63,478 nucleotides of DNA, filler included, from 6 parts of 6 records of this genome joined end to end with filler, not necessarily neighbours in it; one strand, 5' to 3'. Positions 10,296-22,317 are shown, counted from the whole stretch's first letter. Notes: generated by a model not told the origin, from the letters alone. Numbers and translations: made by a program.

Positions 10296-13001
10296 GTGAC
10301 TGCGGATATCTTCGGCGCACGCGAACAATTTGAAACCGGATCCGGCTCTGCAGCGATGTATCGCTTGGAGGCGCTCCAGAAACGAGGCTTGGGGCAAATT
10401 GACCGCTTGCCGTTTTCGATTCGCGTGCTGTTGGAAGCCGTGCTGCGGAACTGCGACGGTTTCCAAATCAGTGAGGACGACGTCAAGAACCTCGCCGGTT
10501 GGGACGCGAAAGCGGTTGCTCCTCACGAGGTACCGTTCAAACCTTATCGCGTTGTCTTGCAGGATTTCACGGGCGTTCCCGCCGTGGTCGACTTGGCCGC
10601 GATGCGTTCCGCGATGGAACGAATCGGGGGCGATCCGAACAAGATCAACCCGCTGATCCCCGTCGACCTCGTCATCGACCACTCGGTGCAAGTCGACTTC
10701 TTCGGCAGCGAAGGCGCGTTGGTCCAAAACGTCGAGCGTGAATTCGAACGCAACAAGGAACGTTACGAGTTCCTCCGTTGGGGCCAACAAGCGTTCGACA
10801 ACTTCGGCGTGGTTCCTCCCAATGTTGGGATCGTTCACCAAGTCAACCTGGAATACCTCGCTCGCGTCGTTGCCATGGGCAAAGACGAGCAAGGCCCCGT
10901 GGCGATGCCCGACACATTGGTCGGTACTGATTCGCACACGACCATGATCAATGGTTTGGGTGTTTTGGGATGGGGCGTTGGAGGCATCGAAGCCGAAGCC
11001 AACATGCTCGGCCAACCGCTTTACATGTTGATGCCCGAAGTCATCGGTTTCGAACTGACCGGTGAATTGCCATCCGGAGCGACCGCGACGGACATGGTGT
11101 TGCGAGTCGTCGAAATCTTGCGAGCCGAAGGCGTGGTGGGCAAGTTCGTGGAATTCTTCGGGACCGGCATGAACGCGATGAGCGTCGCTGACCGAGCCAC
11201 GATCGCAAACATGGCACCCGAGTACGGTGCCACGATGGGATTCTTCCCCGTCGATGATCTGACGCTGCATTACATGCGTCAAACCGGTCGCAGCAAAGAA
11301 AACGTTGAGCTGGTCGAACGCTACTGCAAAGAACAAGGTTTGTTCCGTCTCGATGACGGCCCAACGCTGAACTACACCAAGACCGTGTCGCTCGACTTGT
11401 CGACGGTGGAACCCAGCATGGCTGGACCAAAACGTCCACAAGACCGTGTGCCATTGGCGTCGATGAAGAAGGCGTTCAACGAATCGTTGACGGCTCCCGT
11501 TGGTGCCTCCGGATTCGGTCTCGCTCCCGAGGCTCTCAGCCGCACCGGTCACGTCTCCAACAACGGTGCCAGCACCGACATCACGCACGGTGCCGTCGTG
11601 ATTGCTGCGATCACATCTTGCACGAACACATCCAACCCATCGGTGATGGTTGGTGCCGGTTTGCTGGCCAAGAAGGCTGCCGAACGTGGATTGACCGTGC
11701 CGTCCCACGTCAAAACGTCGTTGGCCCCTGGTTCGCGAGTCGTGACGGATTACTTGAACAAAGCCGGCCTTTCCGAATCGCTTGACAAGCTTGGTTTCAA
11801 CACCGTTGGCTATGGTTGCACGACCTGCATCGGTAACTCCGGACCTCTGCCTGAACCCGTTGCCGCCGCCATCCAAGAAGGCGACTTGATCGCTTCAGCG
11901 GTCCTGTCCGGCAACCGAAACTTTGAGGGCCGGGTCAATCCGCTGACCAAAGCCAACTACTTGGCCAGCCCACCGTTGGTGGTCGCTTACGCTTTGGCGG
12001 GAACCACTGACATTGATCTGGTCACGGAGCCACTGGGCAAAGACACCAACGGCGAAGACGTTTACTTGAAGGACGTATGGCCATCGGCCGAAGAAATTCG
12101 CGAAACCATCGCGGCTTGCATTCAGCCGGAAATGTTCACCAACGAATACGAAGCCGCCGTGTCGGGCAACGACATGTGGAACGCCATTGAAGCGGCTGGC
12201 GGAGCGTTGTATCCGTGGGACGAAAAGAGCACCTACATTCACCACCCACCGTTCTTGGACAGTGTCACTGCGGAAGCGGTGCCGGACATCGCTCCGATCA
12301 AGGGTGCCAAGGTGCTGGCATTGCTGGGTGATTCGGTCACGACCGACCATATTTCGCCTGCCGGTGCGATCGCGACCGACGGGCCTGCGGGCCGATACCT
12401 GCAAGAAAACGGTGTGCCGATTCGCGAGTTCAACTCGTTCGGTTCGCGTCGTGGGAACGACCGAGTGATGGTGCGTGGAACGTTCGCCAACATTCGCATC
12501 CGCAATCAACTGGCACCGGGCACCGAAGGCGGCGTGACGCGTTACTTGCCGACTGGTGAAACGATGAGCATCTACGATGCTTCGATGAAGTACCAAGCTG
12601 ACAACGTGCCATTGGTTGTCTTGGCTGGCAAGGAATACGGAACCGGCAGTAGTCGTGACTGGGCCGCCAAGGGAACGATGATGTTGGGTGTCAAAGCCGT
12701 CATCACGACCAGCTTCGAACGGATCCACCGCAGCAACTTGGTCGGGATGGGAGTGTTGCCTTTGGAATTCGCCGATGGCGGTTCGTGGCAATCACTCGGT
12801 TTGACCGGTGAGGAAAGCTATGACATCGACGGCTTGTCCAACGATCTGGAACCTCGTTCGTTGATCACCGTTGTCGCCACGGCGGAAGACGGTAAGAAGA
12901 CCGAGTTCGAGTGCCGTGTTCGCATCGATACGCCAGTTGAATTGCAGTACTACCAAAACGGCGGGATCCTCCCGACGGTTCTGCGAAACCTTCGCGGTTG
13001 A
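10296..13001 (+). CDS. acnA: Aconitate hydratase A
   Basis: 901 aa; [66 protein letters not shown]. Confidence 0.98.
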   Translation: MTADIFGAREQFETGSGSAAMYRLEALQKRGLGQIDRLPFSIRVLLEAVLRNCDGFQISEDDVKNLAGWDAKAVAPHEVPFKPYRVVLQDFTGVPAVVDLAAMRSAMERIGGDPNKINPLIPVDLVIDHSVQVDFFGSEGALVQNVEREFERNKERYEFLRWGQQAFDNFGVVPPNVGIVHQVNLEYLARVVAMGKDEQGPVAMPDTLVGTDSHTTMINGLGVLGWGVGGIEAEANMLGQPLYMLMPEVIGFELTGELPSGATATDMVLRVVEILRAEGVVGKFVEFFGTGMNAMSVADRATIANMAPEYGATMGFFPVDDLTLHYMRQTGRSKENVELVERYCKEQGLFRLDDGPTLNYTKTVSLDLSTVEPSMAGPKRPQDRVPLASMKKAFNESLTAPVGASGFGLAPEALSRTGHVSNNGASTDITHGAVVIAAITSCTNTSNPSVMVGAGLLAKKAAERGLTVPSHVKTSLAPGSRVVTDYLNKAGLSESLDKLGFNTVGYGCTTCIGNSGPLPEPVAAAIQEGDLIASAVLSGNRNFEGRVNPLTKANYLASPPLVVAYALAGTTDIDLVTEPLGKDTNGEDVYLKDVWPSAEEIRETIAACIQPEMFTNEYEAAVSGNDMWNAIEAAGGALYPWDEKSTYIHHPPFLDSVTAEAVPDIAPIKGAKVLALLGDSVTTDHISPAGAIATDGPAGRYLQENGVPIREFNSFGSRRGNDRVMVRGTFANIRIRNQLAPGTEGGVTRYLPTGETMSIYDASMKYQADNVPLVVLAGKEYGTGSSRDWAAKGTMMLGVKAVITTSFERIHRSNLVGMGVLPLEFADGGSWQSLGLTGEESYDIDGLSNDLEPRSLITVVATAEDGKKTEFECRVRIDTPVELQYYQNGGILPTVLRNLRG

Positions 13002-13018
13002 GCTTGATTGACTAGCCA

Positions 13019-14563
13019 GTGATTCATCGCGCCCCGCTGCACCTGCTGTATCTCAACGTGCTCGTCATTGCGACGTGCGGGTTGATCTACGAGTTGTTGG
13101 CGGGGACGTTGGCGAGCTACCTACTGGGTGATTCCGTCACCCAGTTTTCGCTCATCATCGGCGTCTATCTGTCGGCTTTGGGCTTTGGCGCCTGGTTGTC
13201 CCAGTACGTGACAACCAAGCTGGCACGCGTGTTCATCGAAGTCGAGCTGGCTCTCGCGTTGTTGGGCGGGTTCTCGACACCGCTGCTGTTCCTTGCGTTC
13301 CCGATGATCGAGTGGTTTCAGTGGCTGCTCTTTGGCAGCGTGATCGTGATCGGGACGCTGGTGGGTTTGGAGCTTCCGCTGTTGATGCGGATTCTCAAGG
13401 AACACCTTGAGTTTGAGGAATTGATCTCTCGGGTTCTCGCGTTTGATTACTTGGGGGCTCTCTTCGCCTCGCTCTTGTTCCCGATCTTTCTGGTCCCAAG
13501 ACTCGGTCTCAACCGGACCGCGATCGTGTTCGGATTGCTCAACGCATTGGTTGGGTTGTGGGGGACGTATTTACTGCGTCCACTGCTAGCGAAGAAAGGC
13601 CTGGATGGGCTTCGAGGTCGGGCGTTCTTGGTCATCGGATTGCTGATCGCCGGCTTTATCAAAGCTGATTCGATCACCAGCCTCGCGGAAGAGAATACGC
13701 TGGGTGGTCGAATTGTTTACGCTGACACGTCGCCCTATCAACGCATCGCGGTAACTCGCAACGAAAAAGGGTTTCAGCTGTATCTGAACGGGCATCTGCA
13801 ATTCAATAGCGTCGACGAATACCGATATCACGAGGCTCTTGTGCACCCGGTCATGTCCGTTTGCAAAGACGCTCGACGAGTCTTGGTGCTGGGCGGTGGC
13901 GACGGTTTGGCCGTTCGTGAGATTCTGCGATATGAGCATGTTGAGTCGGTCACATTGGTGGACCTGGACCCAGCGATGACTCGCTTGGCAACCCAGTTCG
14001 AACCGCTGGCGGAACTCAATGGCCGGTCGTTGGAAATGGACCGCGTCACTGTCGTCCATCGCGATGCGTTTTTGTGGGTGGGCGAAGGCGATGAGCAATT
14101 CGATGCGGTCGTGATCGACTTCCCCGATCCCGGCAACTACTCAATCGGCAAACTGTATTCCTCGCGTTTTTACAATCTGCTTCGAGAGCGGATGACGGAG
14201 GACGCGGGATTAGCGATTCAGTGCACTTCGCCTTTGGTGGCCCCAAAATCCTACTGGTGCATCCTGCGGACGATGCAGGCATCCGGGTTTGACGTCACGC
14301 CGTATCACGCACCGGTGCCCACGTTTGGGATCTGGGGGTTTGCTCTGGCTCGAATCGCTGAAGATCCAGAATCAGATTCGGATTGGCGGTTGCCGCCGGA
14401 GTTGTCGGCCGAGGTGGCTGGTCTGCGATATCTCACGCCGTCCACCATGGCGGGGTTGTTCGATCTGCCCGCCGATCAACAGCCCCGCGACGTGCCACCG
14501 AACCGATTGAACGATCAAATCCTCGTGCGTTTGTACGACGAGGAATGGGGCCAGAACCAATAG
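13019..14563 (+). CDS. speE: Membrane-bound polyamine aminopropyltransferase (spermidine synthase-like)
   Basis: N-terminal multi-TM domain (GLIYELL) plus [36 protein letters not shown]. Confidence 0.88.
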   Translation: MIHRAPLHLLYLNVLVIATCGLIYELLAGTLASYLLGDSVTQFSLIIGVYLSALGFGAWLSQYVTTKLARVFIEVELALALLGGFSTPLLFLAFPMIEWFQWLLFGSVIVIGTLVGLELPLLMRILKEHLEFEELISRVLAFDYLGALFASLLFPIFLVPRLGLNRTAIVFGLLNALVGLWGTYLLRPLLAKKGLDGLRGRAFLVIGLLIAGFIKADSITSLAEENTLGGRIVYADTSPYQRIAVTRNEKGFQLYLNGHLQFNSVDEYRYHEALVHPVMSVCKDARRVLVLGGGDGLAVREILRYEHVESVTLVDLDPAMTRLATQFEPLAELNGRSLEMDRVTVVHRDAFLWVGEGDEQFDAVVIDFPDPGNYSIGKLYSSRFYNLLRERMTEDAGLAIQCTSPLVAPKSYWCILRTMQASGFDVTPYHAPVPTFGIWGFALARIAEDPESDSDWRLPPELSAEVAGLRYLTPSTMAGLFDLPADQQPRDVPPNRLNDQILVRLYDEEWGQNQ

Positions 14564-14572
14564 CCACAACAC

Positions 14573-14598
14573 CGTAGCCGGATTCGCGAAAAATTCGG
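14573..14598 (+). repeat. Intergenic REP-like repeat, copy 2
   Basis: CGTAGCCGGATTCGCGAAAAATTCGG, 9 nt after the speE stop; 23/26 match to reverse complement of 8698-8723. Confidence 0.6.
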
Positions 14599-14638
14599 GT
14601 GTGTGAGTTGTTGTGCTGCCGTAGCTCACTTCGTTCGG

Positions 14639-14738
14639 NNNNNNNNNNNNNNNNNNNNNNNNNNNNNNNNNNNNNNNNNNNNTTAATTAATTAANNNNNN
14701 NNNNNNNNNNNNNNNNNNNNNNNNNNNNNNNNNNNNNN
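14639..14738. other. Artificial contig spacer
   Basis: 44 N + TTAATTAATTAA (stops in all frames) + 44 N. Confidence 0.99.
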
Positions 14739-14949
14739 GGCTCGGTCCGAATATCTTCAACTCCCTCAAACAGGTGGCCAGACAAGAGATTCACCCCATA
14801 CAAAAACGCAACCACGCCGCCCCCTCGTGCATTCTCATGACGATGCACCAGCGAGCCTCTCGAGCCTCTCCTCGCATCTTTAGAGTCACGCTGTTCACGA
14901 CACGCGCGTTCGGTGTGATGCACGGTACAAAGAACCACAAGGAGCCAGG

Positions 14950-15609
<660 letters not shown>

Positions 15610-15632
15610 TCCTCACCATCGTCGAACACGCT

Positions 15633-15680
15633 AAGAAGCGGCGAGGGGCGTCCTCCAGAGGACGCCCCTCGCCGCTTCTT
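15633..15680. terminator. Perfect 23-bp inverted repeat downstream of msrA (terminator or REP-like)
   Basis: AAGAAGCGGCGAGGGGCGTCCTC-CA-GAGGACGCCCCTCGCCGCTTCTT. Confidence 0.65.
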
Positions 15681-15877
15681 GGCGTCGTGGCATCGGCGCG
15701 ACCTGGCTACGAAATCTCGTCAAGGCGGAGGATTCGACGAAGACGGGGAAAATAAGCGAGGCGGGTTCGCTTCGATGAAACATAATGATACAAAAGGACC
15801 CGGTCTGGAGGAGTTGTTTTGTTGTTCCTCCACCTTGCTGCACACCTCGTGCACATCCCCGAACAAATGAGGTCCCC

Positions 15878-17368
15878 GTGTCCAGACGACTCACCCCGCT
15901 GTTGTCCATCCTTCTGCTCGCTGCTTGCTCTTCGGAGCCCGACGCCACACCAACCGAAGATATGCAGACGACCACTCCCGGCGCTGATATGAGCGCCGCG
16001 GATATGTCGACGCCCACCGAACAGGATATGCCTGGTCCTGTGGTCGAGGAGGATATGAACACTCCTGCGGCGGACATGGCGAACACGCCAGAGGATATGA
16101 CGTCGAATATGCCTGACGCGGACATGAGCACTCCGCCAGAAGATATGGGGACGCCGCAACCACGCAGCCTCTGCGCCCCGATGGAAGCCCCCTCTGGGAA
16201 CGTCATCACCGTGACGCCGTCGCAAGCCAATGACCTGCCCTCGATCATCGCCTCGGCCAACACGGGCGATACGATCCTGCTCGAGGATGGCGTCTACAAG
16301 AGCACGTTGTCTGGCGAGGGTTCACGGCGACTGATTTTCAGGACGCCGGGGATCACGCTGCGTTCTGCTTCTGGCGATCCCACAAAGGTCATCATCGATG
16401 GCGAGTACAACACCAACGAGCTCGTGTATGTGACGACCGATGACATCACCGTCGCCGAGGTCACGCTCACCAGAGCGCGCGATCACCTGGTGCATGCCAC
16501 AGGAGACGGCGCGACGACGACGCGCAATCTGCAGCTGCATCGCGTGCACTTCGTCGACGCCGGCGAGCAATTCGTCAAGATCAACTCCACCACTCAGGAT
16601 GGTTACGCCGATGATGGCGAGATCACCTGCTCGAGGTTCGAGTTGACCGACGCGGGTCGCCCCGAGATCGAGCGCTCGCCGGGCGGTTGCTACACGGGCG
16701 GCGTGGACGCGCACGCGGCCAGGGGGTGGCGCATCGCACACAACCACTTCGAGGGCATTTATTGCGCGGGTGAAGGGCTGGCCGAGCACGCGGTTCACTT
16801 CTGGCGCAGCTCGCGCGATACGATCGTGGAGAACAACACGATCATCGATTGCGCTCGTGGCATTGGCTTTGGCCTGGGCGGCCCCGTCGAGAAGCGGACC
16901 TACCCGGATGACCCTTACGCCGGAGTGGGTTCCATCGAGCACTTCGACGGCGTGATCCGCAACAACGTCATCTTCGCCGACATCGACTTCTACGACACGG
17001 GCATCGAGCTGCAGTACGCGAGGGGCGCGAGGGTCTATCACAACACGGTCATGAGCACCGAGGACGCCGCAGGCTTCTACACCTCGATCGACTACCGCTT
17101 CGAGACCACGCTCGTCGAACTCCACAACAACATCGCGCGCCGCATCACGAGCCGAAACGGTGGCATGGCAAACCGCGAAGGCAACCTCGAAGGGTTGGCG
17201 CTCGACCTGTTCGTCGACCCATTGAATGGCGACTTCCACCTGGTCGAGGGAGCCGCAGCCATCGACGCGGGCGTATCACTGGGCATGGACAGCGGCCTCG
17301 ATCTCGATGGTCTCCCTCGCGAAGATGACAAACCCGATGTTGGCGCAGACGAGTACGGGGTGCCATGA
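15878..17368 (+). CDS. Lipoprotein with right-handed parallel beta-helix and choice-of-anchor-Q-like C-terminus
   Basis: GTG start after GAGG; lipobox LLAAC; DM-rich linker; NTGDTILLEDGVY, IVENNTI, IRNNVI, VYHNTV repeats; DFHL...AIDAG...DLDGLPR...PDVGADE. Confidence 0.75.
   Translation: MSRRLTPLLSILLLAACSSEPDATPTEDMQTTTPGADMSAADMSTPTEQDMPGPVVEEDMNTPAADMANTPEDMTSNMPDADMSTPPEDMGTPQPRSLCAPMEAPSGNVITVTPSQANDLPSIIASANTGDTILLEDGVYKSTLSGEGSRRLIFRTPGITLRSASGDPTKVIIDGEYNTNELVYVTTDDITVAEVTLTRARDHLVHATGDGATTTRNLQLHRVHFVDAGEQFVKINSTTQDGYADDGEITCSRFELTDAGRPEIERSPGGCYTGGVDAHAARGWRIAHNHFEGIYCAGEGLAEHAVHFWRSSRDTIVENNTIIDCARGIGFGLGGPVEKRTYPDDPYAGVGSIEHFDGVIRNNVIFADIDFYDTGIELQYARGARVYHNTVMSTEDAAGFYTSIDYRFETTLVELHNNIARRITSRNGGMANREGNLEGLALDLFVDPLNGDFHLVEGAAAIDAGVSLGMDSGLDLDGLPREDDKPDVGADEYGVP
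15955..16150 (+). repeat. Low-complexity (E/A/Q)DM peptide repeats
   Basis: EDMQ, ADMS, ADMS, QDMP, EDMN, ADMA, EDMT, ADMS, EDMG in the translated linker. Confidence 0.75.
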
Positions 17369-17450
17369 TCGCGTGGCTGCGATAATTTTGCTGGCATCGC
17401 CCTGGACCATCCGCTAGAAAACTGTGTTGTACAATGAAGACGAGGTAAAC

Positions 17451-17759
17451 ATGAGCGAGGAGCCATCACGGAGAAGAATCGGCTGGCCCTGGCTTATGAT
17501 TCACGCCGCGATCATCCTGAACTTCGCCGTCGAGATCTTCTACGCGTCCTACGTGTTATTCGTGGTGCTCGCGCCAGAAGGCGGCGGAGGCCCTCTCTGG
17601 GCAAAAGCCGCCGAGGTCGATATGGACCTGATGATGCGGCGCAGGTTGTATGCCACAGAGGCATGGATCGCGATCGCTGGCCTGAGCGTCTACCTCGCCA
17701 TCACAGAGATCGGTCCGCGCATGTGGCGACACCACATGCGCTCGGAACAGAGCACATGA
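17451..17759 (+). CDS. Small two-TM hypothetical protein
   Basis: ATG after GAGG; two hydrophobic segments; codon usage as neighbours. Confidence 0.65.
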   Translation: MSEEPSRRRIGWPWLMIHAAIILNFAVEIFYASYVLFVVLAPEGGGGPLWAKAAEVDMDLMMRRRLYATEAWIAIAGLSVYLAITEIGPRMWRHHMRSEQST

Positions 17760-17780
17760 CAGCACGACCAGAGGTAGAAG

Positions 17781-18965
17781 TTGAGCGACTCGAGCGACCC
17801 GAAGACATGGATCGGCGGCATCATCGACGCGTGCCCGAGGCGCGTGGCGGGGAGTGAATCCGAGCGGCGCGCACACGAGATGATGCAAGCAGACGCCGAA
17901 GCACTCGGCCTGGACGTGACGCTGCGCCCCTTTCGGCACAACCGCAGCCTGTACGCGAACATGGCGCTCCACTTCGCCATCGCGCTCGTCGGCACGGCGC
18001 TCCTGCCCGTGGCGCCGATCGCGTCGCTCTTCATTCACCTGTTCGTGGTCATCTCTTACTGGCTCGAGTCGAACAAGAAGGCGATGGTGCTGCGCCACCT
18101 CTTCCCATTCCACGACTCGCAGAATCTTATCGCGACGCACGCGGCCAAATCAGAGCTTCGCAAGCGTATCGTCTTCGTCTCACACATCGACGCCGCGTTC
18201 ACCGGCTGGGTCTTCCACCCGACGATGATCAAGTTGGCGACGGCGCCCCCGCCGCTCAAGGCGCTCGAGTTCATGCGCAAGTCGATGTTGGTGGGGACGC
18301 TCTCTGTCTTCCTGCTGGCGATCCTCGACGTGGCAGCGATCGTGTTGGAGACGCCGACCTGGTTGATGATCACCGCGAGCCTGCTGTCGATCCCGGCGTT
18401 CCTGACGATGGCGATGAATGGCCAGGTGGTCCTGAACAACACAGTGGTTCCTGGCGCCAATGATAACCTGACGGGTTGCTGGGCCAACCTCGAGTTGGCC
18501 CGGCGCCTGATCCCCGATTGCCCCGATGATATCGAGCTGGTGTTCGTCGCCACAGGTTGCGAGGAGGCGGGAACGGGCGGCGCCTGGGCGCTCTCGAAGC
18601 AGGTCGAGGGGGAGTGGCCAAAGGAAAACACCTACATCATGGGGATCGACTCGCTCACAAACGGGACGCTGCGCAGGTTCATCGAGGGGGAGTTGCTGAC
18701 CGTCCCACCACCGCGCGAGCTCTCGCAGGTCATGGAAGAGCATGCCCCTGAGGTCCCCCCATTTCAGATCCCATCTGGCGCCACGGACTCGCTCCCATTC
18801 CTGATTCGAGGATGGCAGGCGGCGAGCTTCGGGTGTGTGGACGAGGAGATCGGCGCGCCACGTAACTACCACTGGCCAACCGATAATGTGGAGAACCTCG
18901 ATCTCGAGCAGCTCGACACGTCCATCGCCCAGATCGAGCGGGTGGCTCGCGCGCTCTTCGATTGA
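17781..18965 (+). CDS. M28 family metallopeptidase with inserted TM hairpins
   Basis: SHID, PGANDNLTG, TGCEEAGTGG, IDS, YHWPTD zinc-ligand pattern. Confidence 0.85.
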   Translation: MSDSSDPKTWIGGIIDACPRRVAGSESERRAHEMMQADAEALGLDVTLRPFRHNRSLYANMALHFAIALVGTALLPVAPIASLFIHLFVVISYWLESNKKAMVLRHLFPFHDSQNLIATHAAKSELRKRIVFVSHIDAAFTGWVFHPTMIKLATAPPPLKALEFMRKSMLVGTLSVFLLAILDVAAIVLETPTWLMITASLLSIPAFLTMAMNGQVVLNNTVVPGANDNLTGCWANLELARRLIPDCPDDIELVFVATGCEEAGTGGAWALSKQVEGEWPKENTYIMGIDSLTNGTLRRFIEGELLTVPPPRELSQVMEEHAPEVPPFQIPSGATDSLPFLIRGWQAASFGCVDEEIGAPRNYHWPTDNVENLDLEQLDTSIAQIERVARALFD

Positions 18966-19055
18966 CTTCCAACGCTAGACAGCCCAAACCCTCTCTGCTA
19001 GGTCGAGTGAATCATTGATTCACCAACAAACGACGACAGTGTCACGAGAGGTCTT

Positions 19056-20465
19056 GTGGTGTTGAAATTTCGACAGTTCGATGCTCTGCGAAAACGATGG
19101 CTCGCGCTCTGCGCGACGCTCTTTTGCGCGATCCTCTCATCTCCGCTAACGGCGCTGGCGCAGAATAATACAAGCAGCGCGACGACTCCCGCCAAGGACG
19201 CGGCCAAGGAGGCCGCCAAGAATCCGCTCCCCCCATGGCGGCAGGTGATCGAGGAGATCTCGGCGCTCGATGTCTTCCACATCGAGCCATGGCGTCTCGT
19301 GGCCGCAGCGTTCGCGTTGCTGCTCGGGTTCGCGATGCGAACCTACCTGCTCTCGCGCGTGCTCAAGCCGTTCGAGAAGATCGCTGGTCGCACCGACACC
19401 GAGATCGATGATCGCATCATCTCCGAGACGCGCCGCCCGCTCGGGTGGCTCATCAACATCCTGGGGATTTACCTGGCGGTGATCATCCTGCAGCTGCCGC
19501 CTGGACTGCAGGCGGGCGTGCTCTTGATCTTGCACACGGTCGGCGTCGTCTTCGTGGCATGGATGCTCTACAACGCCGTCGAAGTCGTCGCCATCGCGCT
19601 CGATCGCTTCACCGAGCGGACCGACTCCGAGATGGATGACCACCTGGTGCCGCTGGTGAGAAAGATCCTCAGGATCGCCATCATCATCGTCACCGTCATC
19701 ACGATCATCCAGCAGTGGGGTTACGACGTCACGAGCCTGATCGCAGGTCTCGGGCTGGGCGGGCTGGCGTTCGCGCTCGCGGCGCAGCAGACATTGGCGA
19801 ACCTGTTCGGGTCGTTGATGATTTTCACCGACCGCCCCTTCACGCTTGGCGATTGGATCAAGACCTCGCATGGCGAGGGTGTGGTCGAGGAGATCGGCCT
19901 GCGCTCGACCAAGATCAGGACCTTCACCAAGTCGCTGATTTCTGTGCCCAACGCGGATATCGCCAGCGCGCCGGTCGAGAACTTCGCCTACATGAACCTG
20001 CGCCGCATCAAGACCACCGTGGGGCTGACGTACTCGACGACGCCAGAACAGATGGAGTATGTGGTCGAGGGGATCAAGGATCTGATCCGCGAGGAGCCGG
20101 GGATGTACAAGGAGGCGTTCTACGTGAACTTCGTGGAGTTTAGCGCCAGCTCGCTCGATATCATGATCTACTGCTTCACCGAGACGACCAATTGGGGGGA
20201 GTTTCTGGCGATTCGCCAGCGTTTCTATCTCAACATCATGCGATTGGTGAAGGAAGCTGGTTCCGACTTCGCCTTTCCGAGCCAATCGCTCTACGTGGAG
20301 AATCCGATCGGGCTCTACGAGCAAAAAGCCTCCGGCGCGCCTCCCAGGCTCGATGTGCCGCAGGTGGTGGAAGATTTTGTCGCCACGCGATCGGTCCAGA
20401 CCAAGACACAGCGCAAGGATCTTGGCGATACTGATGATGGTATGAGCGCAGATGGCGAAGGTTAA
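19056..20465 (+). CDS. Small-conductance mechanosensitive channel (MscS family)
   Basis: LIAGLGLGGLAFALAAQQTLANLFG, DRPFTLGDWI, GVVEEIGLRSTKIRT, FAFPSQSLY. Confidence 0.93.
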   Translation: MVLKFRQFDALRKRWLALCATLFCAILSSPLTALAQNNTSSATTPAKDAAKEAAKNPLPPWRQVIEEISALDVFHIEPWRLVAAAFALLLGFAMRTYLLSRVLKPFEKIAGRTDTEIDDRIISETRRPLGWLINILGIYLAVIILQLPPGLQAGVLLILHTVGVVFVAWMLYNAVEVVAIALDRFTERTDSEMDDHLVPLVRKILRIAIIIVTVITIIQQWGYDVTSLIAGLGLGGLAFALAAQQTLANLFGSLMIFTDRPFTLGDWIKTSHGEGVVEEIGLRSTKIRTFTKSLISVPNADIASAPVENFAYMNLRRIKTTVGLTYSTTPEQMEYVVEGIKDLIREEPGMYKEAFYVNFVEFSASSLDIMIYCFTETTNWGEFLAIRQRFYLNIMRLVKEAGSDFAFPSQSLYVENPIGLYEQKASGAPPRLDVPQVVEDFVATRSVQTKTQRKDLGDTDDGMSADGEG

Positions 20466-20480
20466 GCGCGACGAGGAGCC

Positions 20481-21452
20481 ATGAACTTCTTTCGCTGGAT
20501 CGACTGCACTGACAAGCGACGCCCTCACCGCATCGAGCGGCCCGAGGGCGTGGTCTTGCGACTGGCGCAGCTGACCGATCCTCATGTCCCCGGCGAGATC
20601 ACGCTCGTGCGGCGCTTGCGTGACCTGATGCGTCCGCACGCCTCGGCGTCCGGGCTCTCGCACGAGCTCTCGGCGATCTCGAACGAGCTCAGTCACACCT
20701 ACCGCAAGCAGCGCAAGATCTACACGAACCTGTTGAAGAAAGCGCTCCTGGGGCTTCGGCGCGCCGAGGTCGATCACCTGCTCATCACGGGCGATGTCGC
20801 CCACTGCGGGATGGCCGCAGAGTTCTTGGAGATGAAGGCGGTCCTCTCGATCACCGGTTGGTGGGGCTCACCGAGGTTGACCGTGATCCCTGGAAACCAC
20901 GACCGCTTCAACCTCTACGAGGCGATCCCGGAGGACCCGATGGAGTCCTTCTTCGATGTGGTGGGAGCGCGCGAACCGCGCGTCAAGAAGCTGCCAGGCG
21001 GCGTCGCCCTGTTCGAGATCGACTCCAACTGTGACCGCAGCGATGATCGCCACTACATGGAGAAGTGGCTCCCGAACACCGTCGGCAAGATCTACCCCGA
21101 GACGCTCGAGAAGCTCGATGCCTTGCGCGCAGAGATCGAGGGAAACCGCCTCCTGGTGTTGATCCACCACCACGTCTCGACCGACTGGTATCCAAGAAAA
21201 ACAAGCAGAGATCTTGGCGGCCTGATGAACCCCGCGGAAGGGATCGACGAGCTGCTCGAGCTCGCGAGGTTGGTCGACCCGAACGCGATCCTTCTTCACG
21301 GGCACATCCACGACGTGATGCCGCTCAACTACAATTTCCAGGGGCATCAGACGCTTAACCCTGGCGGTTTTGCAGAAGCGCTGAGGTTGAATATCCTCGA
21401 CGTCGACACACATGGCGAGATCACCGTCACCCAGATCGAGCTGCGCGTGTGA
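20481..21452 (+). CDS. Calcineurin-like metallophosphoesterase (Icc/CpdA-like)
   Basis: LTDPH, ITGDVAH, PGNHD, IHHH, LHGHIH. Confidence 0.88.
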   Translation: MNFFRWIDCTDKRRPHRIERPEGVVLRLAQLTDPHVPGEITLVRRLRDLMRPHASASGLSHELSAISNELSHTYRKQRKIYTNLLKKALLGLRRAEVDHLLITGDVAHCGMAAEFLEMKAVLSITGWWGSPRLTVIPGNHDRFNLYEAIPEDPMESFFDVVGAREPRVKKLPGGVALFEIDSNCDRSDDRHYMEKWLPNTVGKIYPETLEKLDALRAEIEGNRLLVLIHHHVSTDWYPRKTSRDLGGLMNPAEGIDELLELARLVDPNAILLHGHIHDVMPLNYNFQGHQTLNPGGFAEALRLNILDVDTHGEITVTQIELRV

Positions 21453-21477
21453 CTTCTTTTTTCAGGGACCGGTCAGC

Positions 21478-22317
21478 TTGCCAAAGTCACTCCATACAAC
21501 CCTCGCGCTCGCTGCGCTCCTGCTCTCATCATGTGGAGGGTGTGATGGGGGCGCGAGCGATGTGCTCCCGCTTTGCGAGGACACGAGCACGAGCGCGGAG
21601 TGCTACTCGACCTGGGAACCCACAGTCGCGCCAGCCGAACCCTCCACATGCCAGATCAGCCTGTGCCTGACAGGGGCGGTCAATCAGAACTCTGGCTCGA
21701 ACGCGTACTTTCACAACATCTGCGAGTACGAGCCGATCCCTGGGTTACTGGAGGATTGCGAGCTGGAGGGTTGTTACAAATCCTTCGATAGCTTCATCGA
21801 CAGCTCGCGGCGCACGATCTACCCGGAGCTGTTCGGCGCGCTCGACACCAACGTGGATGGCAAGGTCGACGATCGGGACGAGCTCTGCGAGCTCAACCTG
21901 ATCACCTTCTCCTGGGGTGGTCCCACGGCGGTGGAGCTCGCCAGAGAGCTCGGGCGAGACGAGCGCGTCGCCGTGTCACACCGCGAGGTGACGCGACTGT
22001 TGATGCTCGATCCCTATCAACCGAACACGAAGCTCATCATCCCGAATAATATCGACAAGGTGCGCGTCTGGCGGCAATCAGCCTCTCCTACAGATGACTG
22101 CTCGAGCATCGCGCCGGGAGGCCCGTACAGAGGACTACCGCCGCTTTGTCCTTCAGGCATGGATTGTCGAGACTTCAACATCTCGAGGATGGACACCACG
22201 CTCGTCACCACGGACAGCCCGCCCGAGCTTGTCGAACCGACAGAAGTGGGCCATTGCGAAGTCCCCCTTGTCTCGCGAGACTGGGTGATGGAGGCGCTCT
22301 TCGACATGGATGACTAG
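21478..22317 (+). CDS. Cys-rich lipoprotein, possible alpha/beta hydrolase
   Basis: Lipobox LSSCGGC; TFSWGG elbow-like motif, LLMLDPY, C-terminal GHC; EF-hand-like DTNVDGKVDDRDE; TTG start inferred. Confidence 0.55.
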   Translation: MPKSLHTTLALAALLLSSCGGCDGGASDVLPLCEDTSTSAECYSTWEPTVAPAEPSTCQISLCLTGAVNQNSGSNAYFHNICEYEPIPGLLEDCELEGCYKSFDSFIDSSRRTIYPELFGALDTNVDGKVDDRDELCELNLITFSWGGPTAVELARELGRDERVAVSHREVTRLLMLDPYQPNTKLIIPNNIDKVRVWRQSASPTDDCSSIAPGGPYRGLPPLCPSGMDCRDFNISRMDTTLVTTDSPPELVEPTEVGHCEVPLVSRDWVMEALFDMDD

